Below, piece after piece: positions 22,197 to 24,000 of a DNA stretch of 24,000 nucleotides. Under the pieces are notes generated by a model. The model was not told the DNA's origin and searched no databases. It saw only the letters and a list, made by a program, of their open reading frames with translations. Origin of the DNA: Streptomyces sp. NBC_00237 (lineage in GTDB: Bacteria; Actinomycetota; Actinomycetes; Streptomycetales; Streptomycetaceae); NCBI RefSeq assembly GCF_026342435.1, contig NZ_JAPEMT010000001.1:647993-671992 (forward strand). Reading direction: 5' to 3'. The position numbers were made by a program, and so were the translations under genes. The first letter of the stretch is position 1; each line of letters begins with the position of its first letter.

Positions 22197-22347
22197 GCGT
22201 CCTCAATCGCCGGACGGGCTGAGGTGGGTTCGCCTGTGCGTCCTCAATCGCCGGACGGGCTGAGGTGGGTTCGCCTGTGCGTCCTCAATCGCCGGACGGG
22301 CTGAGTTGGGTCCGCCCGCGCGTCCTCAATCGCCGGACGGGCTGAGG
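22197..22347. repeat. 41-bp tandem repeat, about 3.7 copies, overlapping the 3' end of the pentapeptide-repeat gene
   Basis: The units are 22197-22237 and 22238-22278 (identical, GCGTCCTCAATCGCCGGACGGGCTGAGGTGGGTTCGCCTGT), 22279-22319 (5 differences) and 22320-22347 (first 28 nt). The last unit supplies the final codons and the stop of 22326..23012. Confidence 0.9.
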
Positions 22348-23012
22348 ACCCGTACTCCCATCGCCGCCGCGAAGACCGGAGCCAGGTCCAGGAGCTGGGT
22401 CGGGCTCACCACCGCTCCCCTCAGCCTCTCCACTCCCCTCGCGATCTCCAGCTGAGCCACTGTCCGCAGGTCGACGTCGTTCATCGTCACGCCCGTGAAG
22501 TCCGCCCCCTTCAGTACGCAGTCCCGGAACTCCACCCGGGTCAGCCGTGCGTCCCCGAAGTCCGGTTCCACCAGCACGCATCCCTCGAAGACGACGTCCG
22601 TCAGCCTCGCCTTCCGCAGGTTCATGAAGTCGATCTTTCCGCCCCGCACCACCACCCGCTCCCACCCGGACCCGTGCAGCTGCGTACCGCCCAGCCGCGC
22701 GTCCACCACCTCCACGTCCCGCAGGGACGCTTCCGCCAGCTGCGTCCCGACGCCGCGAACCTGCTCCAGTACGCAGTCCATGAAGCGCGCCCGACCCAGC
22801 CGCGTCTCGTCAAGCCCCACCCCGTACAGACCGCAGTCCATGAACCTCGCGCCCCGCCCCTCCTGCCCGGCGAAGTCCAGGTCCCGCAGCTCCAACCCGT
22901 CGTAGTCCCCCTCCGACTCCAGCTCCCCGCCCTCGAAGGGCAGCAGCTCCGGGAGCCGCACCTCCGCGCGCCGTACGGCAGGGACCTGGTTCTTCTTCGC
23001 ATCGCGTGCCAT
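22326..23012 (-). CDS. Pentapeptide-repeat protein (228 aa)
   Basis: This is the C-terminal part of track ORF 22326..23348, with ATG at 23010-23012 (MARDAKKNQVPAV...). Consecutive A(D/N)LxX-type pentads are present (LRDLDFAGQEGRGARFMDCGLYGVGLDETRLGRARFMDCVLEQVRGVGTQLAEASLRDVEVVDARLGGTQLHGS...ARLTDVVFEGCVLVEPDFGDARLTRVEFRDCVLKGADFTGVTMNDVDLR). Confidence 0.8.
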   Translation of the reverse strand: MARDAKKNQVPAVRRAEVRLPELLPFEGGELESEGDYDGLELRDLDFAGQEGRGARFMDCGLYGVGLDETRLGRARFMDCVLEQVRGVGTQLAEASLRDVEVVDARLGGTQLHGSGWERVVVRGGKIDFMNLRKARLTDVVFEGCVLVEPDFGDARLTRVEFRDCVLKGADFTGVTMNDVDLRTVAQLEIARGVERLRGAVVSPTQLLDLAPVFAAAMGVRVLSPSGD

Positions 23013-23184
23013 GCACCCATGCTGCCGCACCCCACTGACAACGCCCCGGCGAGCGGTCGCGCAAGAGGCCCCGGGCCGGATGTCACATCCCGGCGGCCCC
23101 GATCCGTCCCCCTCCCGAAGGCAGCGCACCACCCATCCACAGCACGCCACCCATCCACTCACCCACCCACCGGGAGCAGACACC

Positions 23185-24000
23185 ATGGCCGACACCACCC
23201 CCCTCACCGTCATCGGCGGCGGCCTCGCCGGTCTCGTCACCGCCATCACCTCCGCCGAGTCCGGCGCCCCCGTCACCCTCCACGAGTCCCACCGCGACCC
23301 CGGCGGACGCGCCCGCACCGCCACCGGCGACAGTCCGTACAAGACCAACGAAGGGCCGCACGCCCTCTACTCGCGCGGCCCCCTCTGGACCTGGCTCCAG
23401 CAGCGCGACCTCGTCGGGCCCGCCTCGGCCGTGCCCCTCAGCGCCGCCGCCCGCACCCGTTTCCACCGCGACGGCTCCCTCCACCGCATGCCCCCGCTGC
23501 CCGTGATGCGTCTCGGCCGCCGCGACCCCCAACAGGCCCCCGTCGAGGAGGACTTCTTCTCCTGGGCGGCCGCCCTCGTCGGCGAACGCCATGCCCGGTT
23601 CGCCGCGAACGCCGCCGGGGTCGCCCTCTTCCACCACGACCCCGGCATCCTCTCCGCCCGCTTCGTCCAGGAGCGCCTGCACCGGGTGCTGGCCATGCCG
23701 CCCGAGGCCAAGTACCCGGTGGGCGGGTGGAGTTCCGTGGTGGACGGGCTCGTGGGGCGGGCCCGGTCGCTCGGTGTGCGCATCGAGACCTCGTCCCGTG
23801 TCACCCCCTCCGGCCTCGCCGAAGCCGCCGGGCGCGGGCCCGTCGTCGTCGCCACCTCGCTCGCCGCCGCCCGCACCCTGCTCGGTGACGACTCCCTGAC
23901 CTGGGAGAGCGGGCGGACCGCGCTCCTCGACCTCGGTCTGCGGGCCCGGCGCGGCGACGCGTTCATCGTGTCCGACCTGGACGCGCCGGGGTGGGTGGAG
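23185..24000 (+). CDS. NAD(P)/FAD-dependent oxidoreductase (phytoene-desaturase/amine-oxidase-like), N-terminal part; continues beyond the window
   Basis: This is not in the ORF track because no stop is reached. By hand translation ATG 23185 has a GGGAG SD 8 nt upstream, and the frame stays open to 24000. The N-terminal dinucleotide-binding motif is LTVIGGGLAGLVTAITSAESGAPVTLHESHRDPGGRA. Confidence 0.7.
   Translation, partial: MADTTPLTVIGGGLAGLVTAITSAESGAPVTLHESHRDPGGRARTATGDSPYKTNEGPHALYSRGPLWTWLQQRDLVGPASAVPLSAAARTRFHRDGSLHRMPPLPVMRLGRRDPQQAPVEEDFFSWAAALVGERHARFAANAAGVALFHHDPGILSARFVQERLHRVLAMPPEAKYPVGGWSSVVDGLVGRARSLGVRIETSSRVTPSGLAEAAGRGPVVVATSLAAARTLLGDDSLTWESGRTALLDLGLRARRGDAFIVSDLDAPGWVE

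Noticed and set aside
20015-22206. Minus-strand ORFs 20015..21253 (412 aa), 19999..20766 and 20983..22206 (407 aa)
   Set aside because: They are antisense or alternative frames of senR, the Uma2 gene and the 21598 gene. They are Arg/Pro/Ser-rich with no motifs.
22197-22347. CRISPR array interpretation of the 41-bp repeats (and of the 36-nt repeats at 5498-5605)
   Set aside because: The units are directly contiguous with no unique spacers, and no cas genes are present. One array overlaps a gene 3' end.
22674-23966. ORFs 22674..23888 (+, 404 aa), 23083..23682 (-) and 23367..23966 (-)
   Set aside because: They are alternative frames or antisense of the pentapeptide-repeat gene and of the open-ended oxidoreductase gene starting at 23185. 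Their composition is Pro/Arg-rich junk.

Overview
Very GC-rich, Streptomyces-type chromosomal DNA. Left block, core genes: rlmB 3' end, a DoxX-like membrane protein, an NDP-sugar nucleotidyltransferase, a small secreted protein and msiK. A solo tnpB element lies between msiK and a tRNA-Thr(UGU) at 7.3 kb. From the tRNA to about 16 kb the DNA looks accessory, with plus-strand genes using G-ending/TTG-rich codons. It carries a coiled-coil + Mrr-type nuclease + TerD-domain fusion gene, an FAD oxidoreductase, an unassigned 396-aa protein, a rhomboid-like membrane protein and an ATGA-coupled APH(6)-like kinase/GNAT pair. The GNAT gene is split by a second tnpB-only IS200/IS605-type element of 1,518 bp whose junctions, end hairpins, predicted guide and TAM can be read off. 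The GNAT gene also carries a compensated double frameshift through its acetyl-CoA motif. Right block: a translationally coupled ankyrin / beta-propeller lipoprotein pair; the hbpS-senS-senR three-component locus, with two in-frame tandem DNA repeats in senS; a Uma2 endonuclease; a hypothetical protein; a pentapeptide-repeat gene whose 3' end is reiterated as a 41-bp tandem repeat; and the 5' part of an FAD/NAD oxidoreductase. No rRNA, CRISPR array, integrase or prophage genes were seen. The best candidate for an undescribed system is the single-gene Mrr-TerD fusion next to the tRNA. A short hairpin/TTGAG motif is shared by an IS end and two intergenic repeat loci. Many long ORFs in the track are antisense shadows caused by GC content and strand G/C skew, and were rejected.
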